Shown piece by piece: positions 25,760-40,167 of a DNA stretch of 64,000 nucleotides (position 1 is its first letter; each line of letters opens with the position of its first letter). A program made the position numbers and the translations under genes. The notes under the pieces are model-generated. The model was not told the origin of the DNA, did not search any database, and saw only the letters and a program-made list of their open reading frames with translations. The stretch lies in assembly GCA_013239625.1 (NCBI GenBank), contig MU055008.1:5393401-5457400 (forward strand). Direction: 5' to 3'. Origin of the DNA: Lama guanicoe. Its lineage: Eukaryota.

Positions 25760-26493
25760 AGTCAAGGTTTCTCAAACTGTCCATAAGGGTGACCTGCTTT
25801 GTTTCAATGTCCAACCTCTTGCCAACAAATAAATAAAATATAATAAAAACAAATTACTAGAAGAATGAAATGGAACAGGAAGACATACAAAACACAAGCC
25901 TTAACTTTTTATTATTAGATGCAAGGGATATGCAATTTTTCTGATAAATTGCTTTTTTGTTTTTACATTTTTTTATTGAGTTATAGTCATTTTACAATGT
26001 TGTGTCAAATTCCAGTGTGGAGCACAATTTTTCAGTTATACATGAGCATACATATATTCATTGTCACATTTTTTTTTCACCGTGTGCTACCACAAGATCT
26101 TGTATATATTTCCCTGTGCTATACAGTATAATCTTGTTTATCTATTCTGCATATGCCTGTCAGTATCTACAAATTTTGAAATCCCAGTCGGTCCCTTCGA
26201 TAAAGAAGATGTGGTATATTTATACAATGGAATACTACTCAGCCATAAAAATGACAACATAATGCCATTTGCAGCAACATGGCTGTTCCTGGAGAATGTC
26301 ATTCTGAGTTAAGTAAGCCAGAAAGAGAAAGAAAAATACCATATGAGATAGCTTATATGTGGAATCTAAAATTTAAAAAAAAAAGAACATAAATCTGATA
26401 AATTGCTTTAAAAGATTCTAAACTCCCAGTTTCTTTTCTTACCTCACTGCAGACTGGCCACTGGCCGCAGACCACACCTGAGTAGCACCGTTC
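25760..26493. mobile_element. hAT-Charlie-like DNA element interrupted by an L1
   Basis: GGTTTCTCAAACT start and GACCACACCTGAGTAGCAC end; the sequence is continuous across the L1 TSD. Confidence 0.55.
25956..26393 (-). mobile_element. Young L1 insertion with 5' inversion
   Basis: Minus-strand L1 3' end 25956-~26198 joined to a plus-strand L1 segment ~26199-26393; perfect 16-bp TSD TCTGATAAATTGCTTT (25940-25955, 26394-26409). Confidence 0.9.
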
Positions 26494-26689
26494 TAAATGG
26501 CAAGGAGAGGTCAAAGCTTGGACTTAAAATTAGAAATATGTGTATTTATAATTATGAGGTTTTCATAAACTTTTCAGGAAAAAAAGAAGAAAATCAATGA
26601 ACATCATATTCAGTTTGCATTACTTTAAATTTTATTTCCAGTGAACAGAGCACACATTTTACATAGTTGTGGTTCTTAACCTGGTTTTT

Positions 26690-26845
26690 GTGGGGGTTTT
26701 TTGGTTTAGATTTTATGTATTTGGGGGGGGTAATTAGGTTTATTTATTTATTTTTTTGATGGAGGTACTGGAGGTACTGGGGATTGAACCCAGGACCTTG
26801 TGCATGCTAAGCATGTTCCTCACCACTGAGCTATTCCCTCCCCTC
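26690..26845 (-). mobile_element. Vic-1-type SINE
   Basis: GGAGGTACTGGGGATTGAACCCAGGACC...CCACTGAGCTATTCCCTCCCC; internal 9-bp duplication GGAGGTACT. Confidence 0.88.
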
Positions 26846-28087
26846 TAAACTGGGTTTTTATTCTGCTTTTGTTCACTGGCCCTTTTCTCACATGTACATC
26901 CCCCAGCTGCACTGCCTGGGTCCTGGCCCACCTCACCTCCCACCAGGTCACTGTCTCTGCTGTCTGTGTTCCTCCAAGGCCTGATGTGGCCCCCACTTGC
27001 CTCTCTGACTTCGTTTCTTATTTATTTCTCACGCTACAATCCTTCCCCTGTACCCCATGTGCTCCGCCATGCTGAGTTCCAGACAGTTCTGGACCGTTCC
27101 TGGCTTTTCACGCCTCCCGCCCGCAGCCCTGATAAACCAGCACTCTGTCCCCAGCGCTCAGTGAACCACAGCTGCTAGTTCCCACAGATAACAAGCTCCC
27201 CACTTTGCTGCGTTCCCTCAAGTATCGTTCTATCATAAACAGCACTGACTTAAACATCTTTACACAATTTGTCTTTTTTGAATATAGGAATTAATTCCCC
27301 CCAATGGAATCATAGAGTCCCAAGATTATGGACCTTATAAACGTGCTTGCCTATTGCCGACTTGTGTTCCAGAAACGTTGAGCCACTTTTTGGTGTCAAC
27401 ACCCATAAATCCTGAATTTCAACTCAGAAATATGGTGCCAATATTGGCCCCAAGTTAGGTTTTACACTAGAGCGTACAGTAAGTCCTCAGGTTTGTAATC
27501 GCTAATGTCAAACTACTTGGCTTTTTGCCTTGGATAGTAGTTCTGCAAAGGCAAGGGCCTGTCTTCCAAAGTTCATTTACCTTGAAAACAACGGACACCT
27601 AATCAATGCACGATGGCAGAGGTGAAGACAGCGAGCCTGATGCGGAGATGAGTAGGAGTTAAGATCAAAGTTCTGTTGAAAGATGTCCCTCCTATGTATC
27701 TGGCAAAGGTGGTGCTGAAGAGTGAAAAAGAGAGCCAGGCATGCTGTGCACAGAAGGTTGGCTTGGATGCACCGTCAACAGCATCTTCGATTATCTGGGG
27801 TAAGGGTGTCTCTCCAACGTGTGCACTTGTCGTAACAGTGCCGGCACTGCGAGCACTTCGCGCGTCTCCCGCTGAGTCCTCACAACAACTGTTTGGGCTA
27901 GTACTGGGGTGTTTTGCCCCTTTATGGATGAGAAACTGAAGCACAGAGAGATGAAACAACCTGCCCAAGGTGGCAAGTCCACAAGGCACAGGGTGGAGCT
28001 GGGGTTCACTCCTGGGTGGCCCAGAGCCCCAACACCACCCTGTGACAACGCTGTGTTGAACTTCTGCATTGGCCTGACTTGTAGTTC

Positions 28088-28090
<3 letters not shown>

Positions 28091-28128
<38 letters not shown>
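28091..28128. repeat. (GT)n microsatellite
   Basis: About 19 uninterrupted GT units. Confidence 0.97.
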
Positions 28129-28130
<2 letters not shown>

Positions 28131-28149
28131 TTATTATTGTAGTTGTTAT

Positions 28150-28594
28150 TATAGAAAAGTTGCAAGTTTAATACCAGTAACTTTTTTTCTGAGCCATTTG
28201 AAACCAGTTGCCAACGGTGCCCACCGTGCTTGAACAGAGTAGGATACCTCTGAAAACAAGGATATCCAGAAGGATGACCACCATAAAGCTATCGGCATCA
28301 GGGCATAACACGGACACCTTACAGCCATGCAATACCGAGCCTCCATTCAGAGTTCCCCAGTTGTCCCCGTGGTGTCCTTTGGAGTCAAGGATCCCACTGG
28401 GGCTCACTTGAGGCAAGTGGTTTGTCTTATCTCTTGAGTCTCCTTAAGTCTAGGACAGCTCCTTCGTCTTTCCTGGACTCATGACCTGGACACTATTGGA
28501 GGGTACCAGGCCTGTCATGTCACAGAATGGCCATCATGTCACACAATGGCCATTTGTCTGATATTTCCCTAGGATTAGATTCAGGCCTTGTATC
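28150..28594 (-). mobile_element. Old L1 (L1MC-type) 3' fragment
   Basis: TTATAGAAAAGTTGCAAG...TTTGTCTGATATTTCC...ATTAGATTCAGG motifs. Confidence 0.6.
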
Positions 28595-29485
28595 TTTTTT
28601 TTTTTAAATTGAAGTGTAGTCGATTTACAATGTTGTGTTAATTTCTGGTGGACAGCACAGTGATTCAGTTATACATATATACATATATATACAGATTCCT
28701 ATTCATATTCTTTTTCATTATAAGTTACTACAAGATATTGAATATAGTTCCCTGTGCTATAGAGTAGGTCCTTGTTGTTCATCTATTTTATATATAGTAG
28801 TGTGTATCTGCAAATCCAAAACTCCCAACTTATTCCTCCCTACCTTCTCACCCACTGGTAACTAAGTTTTCTATATCTGTGAGTCTTTCTGTTTTGTAAA
28901 TAAGTTCATGTGTGTCCTTTTTTAAAATTCTACATATGAGTGATATCATATGATGTTTTCTTTCTCTTTCTGGCTTACTTCACTTAGAATGACAGTCTCC
29001 AGGTCCATCAGTGTTGCTNNNNNNNNNNNNNNNNNNNNNNNNNNNNNNNNNNNNNNNNNNNNNNNNNNNNNNNNNNNNNNNNNNNNNNNNNNNNNNNNNN
29101 NNNNNNNNNNNNNNNNNNNNNNNNNNNNNNNNNNNNNNNNNNNNNNNNNNNNNNNNNNNNNNNNNNNNNNNNNNNNNNNNTTTCAAATTAGAGTTCTTTC
29201 TGGATGTATGCCCAGAAGTGGAATTGCTGGATCATAGGGTAAGTCTCTTTAGTTTTCTAAGGAATCTCCAAATTGTTTTCCATAGTGGCTGAAACAAACT
29301 GCATTCCCACCAACATTGTAGGAGGGTTCCCCTTTCTGCATGCCCTCTCCAGCATTTTTCACTTGTGGACTTTTTCATGACAGCCATTCTGACTGGTGTG
29401 AGGTGATACGTCCTTGTAGTTTTGATTTACATTTCTTTGATAATTAGCAATATTGAGCATTTTTTTCATCTACCTATTGGCTATT
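28595..29485 (-). mobile_element. Lineage-specific L1 3' end spanning an assembly gap
   Basis: Poly-T, L1 3' UTR, then the reverse of the ORF2 C-terminal region (CCCAGAAGTGGAATTGCTGGATCATA...TTCCCACCAACA). Confidence 0.9.
29019..29180. other. Assembly gap (162 N)
   Basis: Run of N inside the L1. Confidence 1.
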
Positions 29486-32400
29486 TATCTTTATACCTTT
29501 TTATAAAGCACAGCTCAGCAGTGTTAAGTATATTCACAGTGTGCAGAGATGCTGTTGTCCTAGCACTTCAGGTACTAAGAATGTCTTAGGAGGATGTGGA
29601 CTTAGCTGGCACCACATCCCTCCCTCCTACCTTCCCATGGTGTAATTCCTCTGCCCTTTGCAGTGCCTCCCCTGGGCATTGTCACCTGTACTTCTTCCTG
29701 TGCCATGTGTGCCAGGTGTCTGCCTCCCCTAGAAAATCTGCTTTCCTGGGAATGCCTAGTACATAGTAGGTATTCGATCAGCAATGGCCAAATATTCAGA
29801 ACATCCAGGGGGTAATTATGGAATATAGAGAAATCTGACTTTTCAGGAGCATGAGAATGTTTCCAAACTGATGTCACTGCAGAGTAAATCAGGGCTCCAG
29901 GAAGTCTTTATTGATTTACAGCCAAAATGTGACCTTCAGAGATTACCCCTGAGGGAACCAGAGCCAGATGATTACTTGATGCGCCTTCATAGTGGAATTC
30001 ACAGAGCATGCAGTCAGATTTTCTTGAAGCGCTCGTTCTGCCTGACATCACAGAAAATCTGAGGCCGACCTGGGAGTGCCCCACTTCGGTTAATGCAGCC
30101 ACATTTAAGAAAATGTAATTGAGTGTAGCGCTAGTACACAGAGTGATAAACGATGTGAAATTTTCTGGGTAAGGCCCTGGGTTGGAAAAGAGAGGATCTT
30201 GAGCCTTTTGAGGGCCAAATCCTGAATCCTATGCGCCTGTGGAAAATTGAGTCGGGCAGGAGCCAACCCCGCATCAGCTATTTTGAACAGTAGGACTGTT
30301 CTGGTCCCCTGAGCTGAGGCCAATATCAATAGAATATTTCTGAGTTAAAATTCAGGTTTGATTGGTGTTGACACTGTGTATGAATTCACGTTTAGCTTTT
30401 TTTTTTCCTAAACAGATTACTCAGGTAACTAACTTTTATGTAATATAATCCAGAAAGAGGTAAACATTTTCCAGAAAGAACTGTTTCTTACAATTCTGCT
30501 TTCAGATATTCAAATCAGCTAAGTAGAACTAGCAACAATATTTTTAACTCTTGGGGGGAAAATAAAACTCTTCAAATTATTTTTGTTTACGTACAGAGCA
30601 TCAGAATGGTATTTAAAGTTAAATAGGGTAAGCAGGCAGAGAACTATTTCCGGTAGCAAAAATAGTCCAACCAGGGCTTATAAATATATTTGGGGGATTT
30701 TTTTTCTACTAAAAATAAAAGTTTTAAAGTAATCACATACCAAAAAGAGTTTTGTGGTGCTGGAGAAAATGGCCTAGGTTGGGAACGTTTACTGTGTATT
30801 TATGCTCATTGTGATTTCAGCCCAGCATTAGTTTTTAAATATATTGAGAGAAGCTTTGCTGGACATTTCTCTTTTTTGTTTCTTTATTTCTCCATTAATT
30901 CTCCACTTAGCTTCCCCCAGGCTCTCATTATGCTTCCTAGACAGACGTATCATTCTTCTGAGGTCTTTGTGAAACCATGTCAGTATTTGTGATTTTTGAC
31001 ACGCTGTTTTTTGTTGTCGCTTCAACCAAATTTTATTCTGGTACATTTCAGATTATTACATTAAGTATTAAAATTATTAAATAATTGCAAAATGGTTTCC
31101 ATCCTAAAACCTTATTTTCATTATTTAAAACTATGTACCCACCCTCCTTCCGTGCAGATGTTTTCCATCAAAGGGATACCCCATAAAAACCAGAAACCTT
31201 GAGAGGAGTGTCAGGATGAGCCTTCCTTGTCTGCTTCTGTTCCTTTCATTCAGTTTCTCTTCTTCTCTATTTCCCGTCCCTTCTAAGTGTAAGAGATGGA
31301 GAAATGGTAAAGGAAGAGCCTGCTTTTCAAGTTCTTACAGAAGTCTGGGTTGGTGTCCTTATATGGAGTAATTGACAGAGGAGTGTTCAAATGAACCTTC
31401 TTGCATAAACGCCCAGCGCCTTCCAGCGTGGGGGCTTCCTTAGTGGCCCTTCACAGGTGGCTTGCACCTGTGCCAGACTGTGCCTTTGATCAGACCCACC
31501 TTCAAACCAAAGCAGTCTAGTTAGAGTCATAAATCATACATCCCTGTTAACAGTTTAGGCAGATTCAGGGTTTATATTCAAGTACTCAAAAATGCCCAGA
31601 ACCTGACTTCTTGGATTAAAAATTGGGGGGAAAAATTTTTTAATGGTCTTAACCCTATCTCAGTTCAGAGCCTGAGGCGTGAATGAGCTCACTGATCAAA
31701 GTTCCCTTTAAGTTATATTTACTGACTCACCGCAGAAATCTGCAGGCATGTGTGTATACCTCACCTGTGCCTTTTTTGGTACTATCTTAAGGATTTACAA
31801 GAAGGCGTATTTGGGTACAGCTATCCTGGGTAACAAACAGTCAGAGGGCATGAATGTGCATGTTGGTGGTGCCAGTATGAGCTACATGACCTTGGGCAAG
31901 CGATCTGAGCTCACCGAGCCTCATTTCTGCAAAGGTAAGAATGAGAATGCCTTCCCTGAGTCCTCCCAAGGGCTTGGGAGAAACTGAAATGAGTTACTAC
32001 ATGTGAAAAGACAAAAACTGCAAAGTGGAGGTTGAATATAACTTAGAATTATTATCAGTCAGAGCCTGCATAAGCAACTGGCAAATGTGAGCTACATTCT
32101 CAAAAGATCCTCAAGACCTTCTCTGGGTCCCAGTTCCGGGCATTTGGACTGACTTAATCCACAGGAACAAGGGGCTGTTTGAAATCATGGCATCTGCAGC
32201 ATTAGTCTGATTAGACCATGACCAGCAGGATGCTTGTGCGTCTTACAAACAAGTTCTTTATCTTCTGTCTTGCCTATAAAAGTTATAGAAACACCTGCAT
32301 AATAGGATTCATCATGGAGCTTATTAACTTGAACTTGTCTGAACCCATCACTCAAGAGCATACGAGCCACTATCCAGAACAAACAGGGTTAGATAAGAGT

Positions 32401-34977
32401 CCTTACAGAAAGAATCCTGTGCTGTGAATCACAGATTGTGTCCAGCTTCCTGACACTGCTTAATTTTTCAGGCAAGTTTTCCTTCTCCCCCTTCCCCCCA
32501 CTAATCCTGACCTTGTACGAATTTTCCAACGATGCCTGGAATAAATAGGCTACATTTATCCACCTTTGCATTCTCACAATTTCCAGCGACTCTAATCAGA
32601 GTTTCATGCAGCTAGGATGACAGTAATTTATGATCTTTTTAAAAAATTACTGCGATTACTGGGAAGCCTATTTTTAGTATTCAGGTGAAATGTGTTTATA
32701 GTGCTCCATTAGCATAGATATTAATATCCCTCCTCTGCTTCCCCACAGTTTGTTCCGTTGAATAAGCTGAATTCTGTTAGACGTGATTATGATCTTTCCT
32801 GCCCCTGCTATCATCCTTTTGGAGCTCCCTCACCACTGATTTTGCAACAGATGAGACAGATCCGGGGAGGTGAAACATTCTGCCCAGTGCAGCACAACTT
32901 GTTTTTGCCAAAGCCAAGGATAGAGACCAAACGGACTCCTGGACCAGTGTCCTAAGATGCCATGGCTCCTTGGGAAACCAGATTAAAGCCTCTGCTATTC
33001 AAAACCCTTAAATTGTCAGATTTTCTATAGAAAAGGGTATATAACATTCTGATTGTTAGAAGTTAAAGGCTGAACCATTTTGAGCTGTCAGTGTCTAAAA
33101 TGGACAGTGCAGCCCTGTCTTAATCTTAAATAGAGATGCAAGGGTTTTTCTTGATAATATCTTTTCTGGATAGTTCTTGATAAAGCCATTCCTCTATCAG
33201 CCCTGCTCATCAATCCATCGGTGCCGCAGGCACTGTGTTTTGCTGGAGATGAAGGTGGTGTGGTGCATAAGGTGAAAAGAAGGGCCTGAGCCCGAGGCCA
33301 GCTTTCTTACAGAAGGTCGCTGGTTTTGCAGACCTTGTTGGCGCAAGACATCAGCGTGGGTTAACATCTTCCACAGAGCGGCCAAATGTCTCATGAATAA
33401 TCAGCCGCCTTAAGAGAATCCGGCTTTTTCCATCAGCAGTACATGGGACCACAGGCACCTCTTTGACAGCTCAAACTTGTCAGCATCGTTTGCCACGGGG
33501 TATGATGGATCATTCTTCGCTATTTTAAGAATTTGTGTTAGGCTAGGTACAGTTTCATTGTCGCTTTGCTCCAGATTTTGATGCCACGTCAAACCTCCAA
33601 GAGAATTAGGCACGACATGTAGCCTCAGTTCCTCATCTGTGAAAAAGAAATAGCACCTCTCCCACAGAGAAGTTCTAGGGTGAAAAGAGAGAACAGATGC
33701 CAGGTACCTGCCTCCAAACCCAGTAGTGAGTAAGCTGTGGATTTGTGGAATCTGTCGTTTCCCATCCATCTCATCACCACCGGTGTCACTGTTGGCTGCC
33801 AAGTCTATTGACGTCTTCTTCTGTGAAAGGATATCGTCTTTCCATCCTTTAAGTGTGTTAAATGTGACAGCTTTTTTTAACGTTTATTATTTTTTCGAAG
33901 CTATCTGGAAATTTAAAACCCCACCCCCTGCTGTGTGCTAATATGCATCTTAATATGTCATTCAGTTCAGCATCTTCCCCGGGCTTGGAACAAAAGATAC
34001 TGTCAATGATGGTGAAAGCTGCATGCGGGGCTTTCCAAGTGCTGGGTTGGGTTTTATTTCCTGCTTTCCTCTTTGGTCACCCCCTGACTTGAGGAATCAC
34101 ATGGTCTGCCTCAATCTTTTCATCAATGAAATAAAAATATATCAGTTGCCACCTCCACAGCTCATGGGATCATTGTGGGAGTTATGAGTTAGTGCTTCTG
34201 AAATGGGTGGCTGGAATGAGCCAAGTGAGCATGAGGAATCCACATGGCATTTCCGGTTGAACAGACATTACCCTTATCCATGGCTTCTGTGTGGTCTTCA
34301 CAGCTTTCAAGTACCGTAACGTACCCAATGTTCCATCAACCGTTCGGTAAGAACACCCATCTCAGCATGGCCTCTAGACCTTTCAGGTCACTTGACTGAT
34401 CTGACGCAGGTCTATTACACAGTAAGAAACAAAAACTTCCACACTACTAGGTCCTCATCTGAAAAGTAGGCTGAGGTGTTTCTTTGCACATATTTTCCAG
34501 CATTTTGGAAATTGTTCTAAATAGTTTCCCTACTGACTCAATGGCAATAATTGCAAAAAATGAACCATGTCCAAGAGAGTTCTGTCGTATACTTTATGTC
34601 AGAGTATGAAATTTTGTCTTGAAAAATGGTTAAAAATTAAATGATGTATTTTCAGTTTGTGTGAATTACGAAAATTATCTTATACTATGTCTGTTTAGAA
34701 TTAGTACCAGGAATGCTGAACTTATTTTAAATCCTTTATTAATTCTTTGCTACTTTTTTTTTTTTGCCTTTTAACTTCTTAAAAGTAACTTTTTATTTAT
34801 GGAGGTTCTCAGACACTTACAGTCTAATGAACCCCGTGTACTCAACTCACCACCCAGATTCATCAGCAATCAACACCTGAATCCCTCTTCCCATCCTCAC
34901 ACCACAAGGTAGTTTTAAACATACCTGTGGGCTTCATATTTCAATGATGTGCATCTCTGAGGGATAAGGACCCTTTT

Positions 34978-34978
34978 A

Positions 34979-35021
<43 letters not shown>

Positions 35022-35022
35022 A
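34978..35022. repeat. (TAAA)n microsatellite
   Basis: About 11 TAAA units. Confidence 0.95.
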
Positions 35023-37008
35023 TATACTTTCTTAATATCAAATATTGATTCTGGGTTCAAATTTCCCCAGTTGCCTCACAAATCTCACATTTTTGTATTG
35101 AAACATATTTTTCAGGGTACTACCCAGAAAAATAAAAATACTTCTCAGTCTCAAAGCTAGAAGATGAGTAAGAGAAATTATTAGGGGATGGCTTGTTGAC
35201 TCTCCTCCCATCAGCTCCAATTGAAGATTTGAATTGTGCATTGCATCTGAGTTTTTGTTGTTGGTGTTGGTGGTGGTGGTGGGTTTTTTTAGAGAGCACA
35301 GGTAATTTTAAATTTAAAGATAAACACTTTCCTTAAAACACAGGCAAATCAAGGCAATTCAAAGTACTCTGTGTTTCTTTTGGTAATAGTGTAAAAAAAA
35401 TCGATGATTACATATTGAAGTGTCCTTTTAAGCAAAGCATAATGGTGACATTTTACAGAACAGAAGCGTCTATACTGCTTCTAATTCCCTCTCAAGATAC
35501 GTCATCTTGGTTTGAGATCTCTTTTTGGTCTCAAAATATTTTTGCTTTACAGTTTCGTTTCATTAAAAGATCTGATTCTGAATTGAATTCACTAACTTTT
35601 GATCGTGAGCCCAGTTCTGTGCTATGGACTTATCTACTGGAATATATGATGTCCTTTTGAAACCCAGAAACATGAGTCTGTCTCACAAATTTATGACCAA
35701 AAGTTTATTTGGGAGTTAGACTTAAGATTTTAAAATTGTACCTAGGTTTCTGGATTTTATATATCATTCCACTTTTTATGTGGAATAACCTTCATCAGAA
35801 TCATTTCAGGAAATGAGAAAAGTAGGATATGGTTATGAGTCAGCCATGGAAAACTACCGCATGGAATGAATTAGTCAGAAGAAGGGTTTCAGTGGCCAAC
35901 ATGAGCTGTGTGCTATCAGGAAGTGGTGTGACTTTCCATGATTTTATGTACTGTAAATCATGTGGCAAAATGCTCCAGACACCTGGAGTCTTTTTTTTTT
36001 TTTCCAATCTTAAGTTTTGAGATAAAATTGAAAAGTACTATGGCGTGAAAGCACCCCAGCCCTCTCAGTAGTTGGCCGTCCCTCCTATCAGCTCAGATGG
36101 GTTTCCACCCCACCCCCACTCCGTGGGGGATACGGACATTGACCCAAAAGCCCATCCGTGCTGCTAGGTCAAGTCACAAAAGCAGCTGGCCTTGGCAGAG
36201 TCGCTGCCACAAAGGACTCTGTCCTTTTCTTTTGTTTCTAATACATTTCTTGTGCCCCTGGTGTTGCTGCTTATAAAGCAGTGCCATTTATGGTCTGCAA
36301 GAGAGTTGCTGCTCCCCGTGCCATGCCGTGTTTTAGAAAGGTGCTCTGAAATTTCAGAGGAAGGCAGCATGAGCTGCCTTCTGTCAACCCCTTAAAGAGA
36401 AAGAAAAACTCGTAGAAGTGAAGTGGATTAAAAGTTTGGATCATGTAAGTTTCATAAAACTACATCTCTAGAGGCAAATATTGAAAATATAATCAACCCC
36501 TAAAACTAAGCATGGAGGGAAATAGGTTTGTTGTTTTATTGGCCATGTAAGTCAGTTAAGATCAGTAAGTAAGCGAGTCATCTCTTCCCTGTTATGCTTG
36601 ATAGGGACATAGAGCATTCAATAATTACAGCTGGGGACGTGTATATTTAGAGAGAGAGTGATAGATATCTGTATATACACATGCAATGTATATGTTGTTT
36701 ACCAGCGTATCTAATGGAATAATTCTGTGAGTGCTCAACTCCTCATCAGCCATCGATGAAAGTCCAGTTGACTCTGATGCCCATGGCAACCTGGATAAAC
36801 ATTCCTCTGCAAGAATCCTGTACACCAGGTTCGCCTTGTCTGCCATGTGTGGCCATCTGGCAAGATTCCCCTGCAGAAGTATCCATCCACAAGTGAACCC
36901 AGGATGGTTTAATGTTCTTGTCATGCAGTACCACTTAGCAATCAGATGGTGATAATCAGCACGATCTTCCTCCCCTTCCGCCCTCGACCAGCACTTCCCT
37001 AGCCTTAC

Positions 37009-37370
37009 TGCGTCCCACAGTTGAACGCTTGTGTCCCCTGAAATTCATACTTTGCAATGCTAACTCCCATGTGGTGGCGTTAGGAAGTGGGACCTTTGGG
37101 GGTGGTTAGGTCAAAGGGCAGAGTCCTCTTCCATGGGATTAGTGCCTTTATCAAAGAGACCCCCAAGACTCCCCGCCCCTCCTGCCATGTGAGGACACAG
37201 TGAAAGATAGCCCTCTATGAACCTAGAATTGGGCCCTCACCAGACACAGGACCTGCCAGCACCTTGATCGTGGACTTCCCAGCCTCCAGAGCTGTCAGAA
37301 AAAAACGTCTGCTGTTTATATGCCGTCCAGCCTACAGTGTTCTGTTTTAGCGCCTGAACAGACTCAGACA
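37009..37370 (+). mobile_element. MLT1A/B-type solo LTR, followed by a MER5A-like fragment (~37380-37505)
   Basis: TGTGTCCCCTGAAATTCATA...GCACCTTGATCGTGGACTTCCCAGCCTCCAGA...CAGACTCAGACA. Confidence 0.85.
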
Positions 37371-39027
37371 GCACGCATGAGCATTACCTGGGAATCTGGT
37401 GAAAACAAAGACTCTCCTTCAGTAGCTCAGGTGGGGCCCGAAGTTCTACATTTCTCACCTGTTCACAGGTGAGTCCAGTGCTGCTCAGGGCTACCCTGTG
37501 AGAATCCAGGCCATCCAGGCCAGGACTGTATAAATGAGCAATGTCTGCAGAGTTAGCAAGAAGCCAGACCCCAAAGGGTGTCACCGTATGGTGTTGATAC
37601 CTCCAGAGCCCTTCTGTGTCCATGACCTCGAGGCTCTGCATGACATTGATACCTACCCCCAGCAGGACCGGGAAACACCCCAGGATGGGGGAACCCTCAC
37701 AGGCACATGGCAGGACTCCCCTGCTGGCCTCTTCACCTAACCTCTCAACTACACTTCATCCTCTGAGCACACATGGCTGTCTGCACACACGGACTCTGCT
37801 GAAGCCTTATAAAGGTCCGATAATTCCCTTTCTCCACTGGCTGGACTCTTTCTTAGTACAAAGATTTCTAGAACTGTTGGTCATCTGTGTCTTCTCATGG
37901 GACGCACAAGACCTATTCTTAATCTTCAGAGATTTTTATTACAGCCCACTTGTCTTCATCCTCCAATGTGCAAGGCTCAGAAAGTTAAGAAGGACGAGAA
38001 AGGATTTCAATTTTAGTGGCCAACAGGGAAATGCTAGACGCTCTATGAGCAAAGATTTGAGAGGTTTAAGAATTCCTCAAGATTGATTTAAATAAAGAGA
38101 GAAGAAAGAATTTTCACCCAGTGCGTACCCCAGCCTGGACACTTCAACGCTTGCTGTGTCCCAAAACCACCCATCATCAGACGTGGGTTTTGGACTAGCC
38201 AAAGAATGATCAAGCCAAAGTGACAGAGCCACTTTCTGTCACCTCCTTTTCCCTTGATTGCTCCGATGGAAATAGGTTAAAGCTTTAATTGGTTATTTTA
38301 TTACCATGAAATTTTCAAATAAACCAGCAAATCAACATTATTATTTTAAGATCCTAGGAAATGTGATTCAGGATTTGTCATTATTTTTTCCAAGGAAGAA
38401 ACTGTTATAGACATTTTCTGCAAGGGTAAATTTCTGTGACTTTTCCAGTTAGAAGCCAGCCAGCAGACCCTTCACACAGCTGGTTTGAAAAGAAACAGTG
38501 TTCAGAATGTAGGAGTAAAAATAGTTCCACTGGCATGCATACATCCTCACGGCTGGTCGCCCTTAGTGTAATGGGTGCCTTTGAAAGCCTTTCCACTGTT
38601 TTCCTTGGGTCTTTGTTTAGGGGGCAAAAAAACCCATTCCAAATGATTGCCAAGAATGTGGCCTTTGAAAAGGCATGCTTAATCATTGACACAGAGTCTC
38701 CTGTCTGTCTTACTTTATCAACATCAGAGAGTTATGTGGTTTAGCGTATGTGAATGACTGACTGACAGCTTGGTGCTGGATGATGGCCCTTGTGAATTTA
38801 TGGCTAAGCTCCGCACAGGCCACTGGACGAGTCTGAAGTCTATGCATTCCAGTGGTGATGCTCCTGTCCAGTCATTTTCTTTCTGGGACATTTCCTTGAA
38901 AACACAAAGACTACCTATAGATTAGAACTTGCACTTCTGCAGAGACCTTCTATAAGAATTTTTAGTTAAGAGCAGTAGGTAGTTCAAGATGGGTGTTTTA
39001 TGTGGTACATACTCTTAAGTTGGAGAT

Positions 39028-39389
39028 TGTACTAGTTTGCTAGGCTAGGGCTCCTGTAACAAAATGCCATAGACTCAGTGGCCTGACCAACAGAAATTCA
39101 TTTTCTAATTGTTCTGGAGGCTGGAAGTCCAAGATCAAGGTGTCAGCAGGCGTAGATCTCTTCCGAGGCCTCTCTCCTTTGCTTACAGATGGCTGCTTTC
39201 TCTGTGTCCTCTGTGATCCTTCCTCTGTCTTGTTCATCCCTGGTACCCCTTTGTGTGTCCAAATTTCCTCTTCTTATAAGGACACAGTCCTGTGGGATGA
39301 CAGCCCACTCTAATAGCCTTATTTAATCTTAATCACCTCTTTGAAGGTCCCATCTCCATTTGAGAGGGAATGACGTTCAGCCTGTAACA
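39028..39389 (-). mobile_element. MLT1 solo LTR
   Basis: TGTACTAGTTTGCTAGG...TTCAGCCTGTAACA termini. Confidence 0.85.
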
Positions 39390-40167
39390 AAGGTCATAGA
39401 AACCACTTTGAAATTGCAAAATCATTTTGTAGCCTTGTATTATTTTGCAGTTCTTCTGTTTCTTTTCAAGAATGTTTCCGTCATTGTCTTAGGAGGGAGA
39501 CGGCAGGTCTGGGATTCTGTTGTAGAAGTAAGAATTGCAACAAGGACTTCATTCTCTAAGTGATATTTCTGGCCACTGGAGAGGATTTCACTGTGCAAGG
39601 AGACTGATTTGGATGGACATCCGGGATGTTCTCCAGGTAACAGAGTGGACCTTTGGCCACTTTGGAGTCTTGGCCGGGCTTCCTCTGTTCTCACTTGCCC
39701 ACCTCGCTGCTAATGTGCTGTCCCATGGCTATGGGACATCAGGGGGCCAGCCCTCAGAATTACTCCTGGATTCTGTAGCTCCTGGGGTCAGTTTGGGTGG
39801 CCAGGTCTGCCCTGTGGGACTGTCCACTCCTTAAGGAACCATGGTGGAGTCATTTCCGGGCCCCAGAACATGGGCATGGGCAGTGCCTGTGGGAGATATT
39901 CAACTAACAGATGAATGAACGAATGAATGAATTTCAGAAGAATGTCAGCTATCGAGACTACTGACCTCGCCCTCCGTCATTTCCCTCCACCCCGTGCAGT
40001 CCCTTTAGTGGCTGCTGGTATAGATCCCACTGGTGGAGTTAACCACTGGTGTTAACTTTAGGTACATTGGAAGCAAGGCGATATCGTGCGGTCAGTCCTG
40101 TTTTAACGTGAACTGGAGGGCCACCAGCTCCACCCTGACCGGGAGAGAGTATTAATTTTCCATGTTT

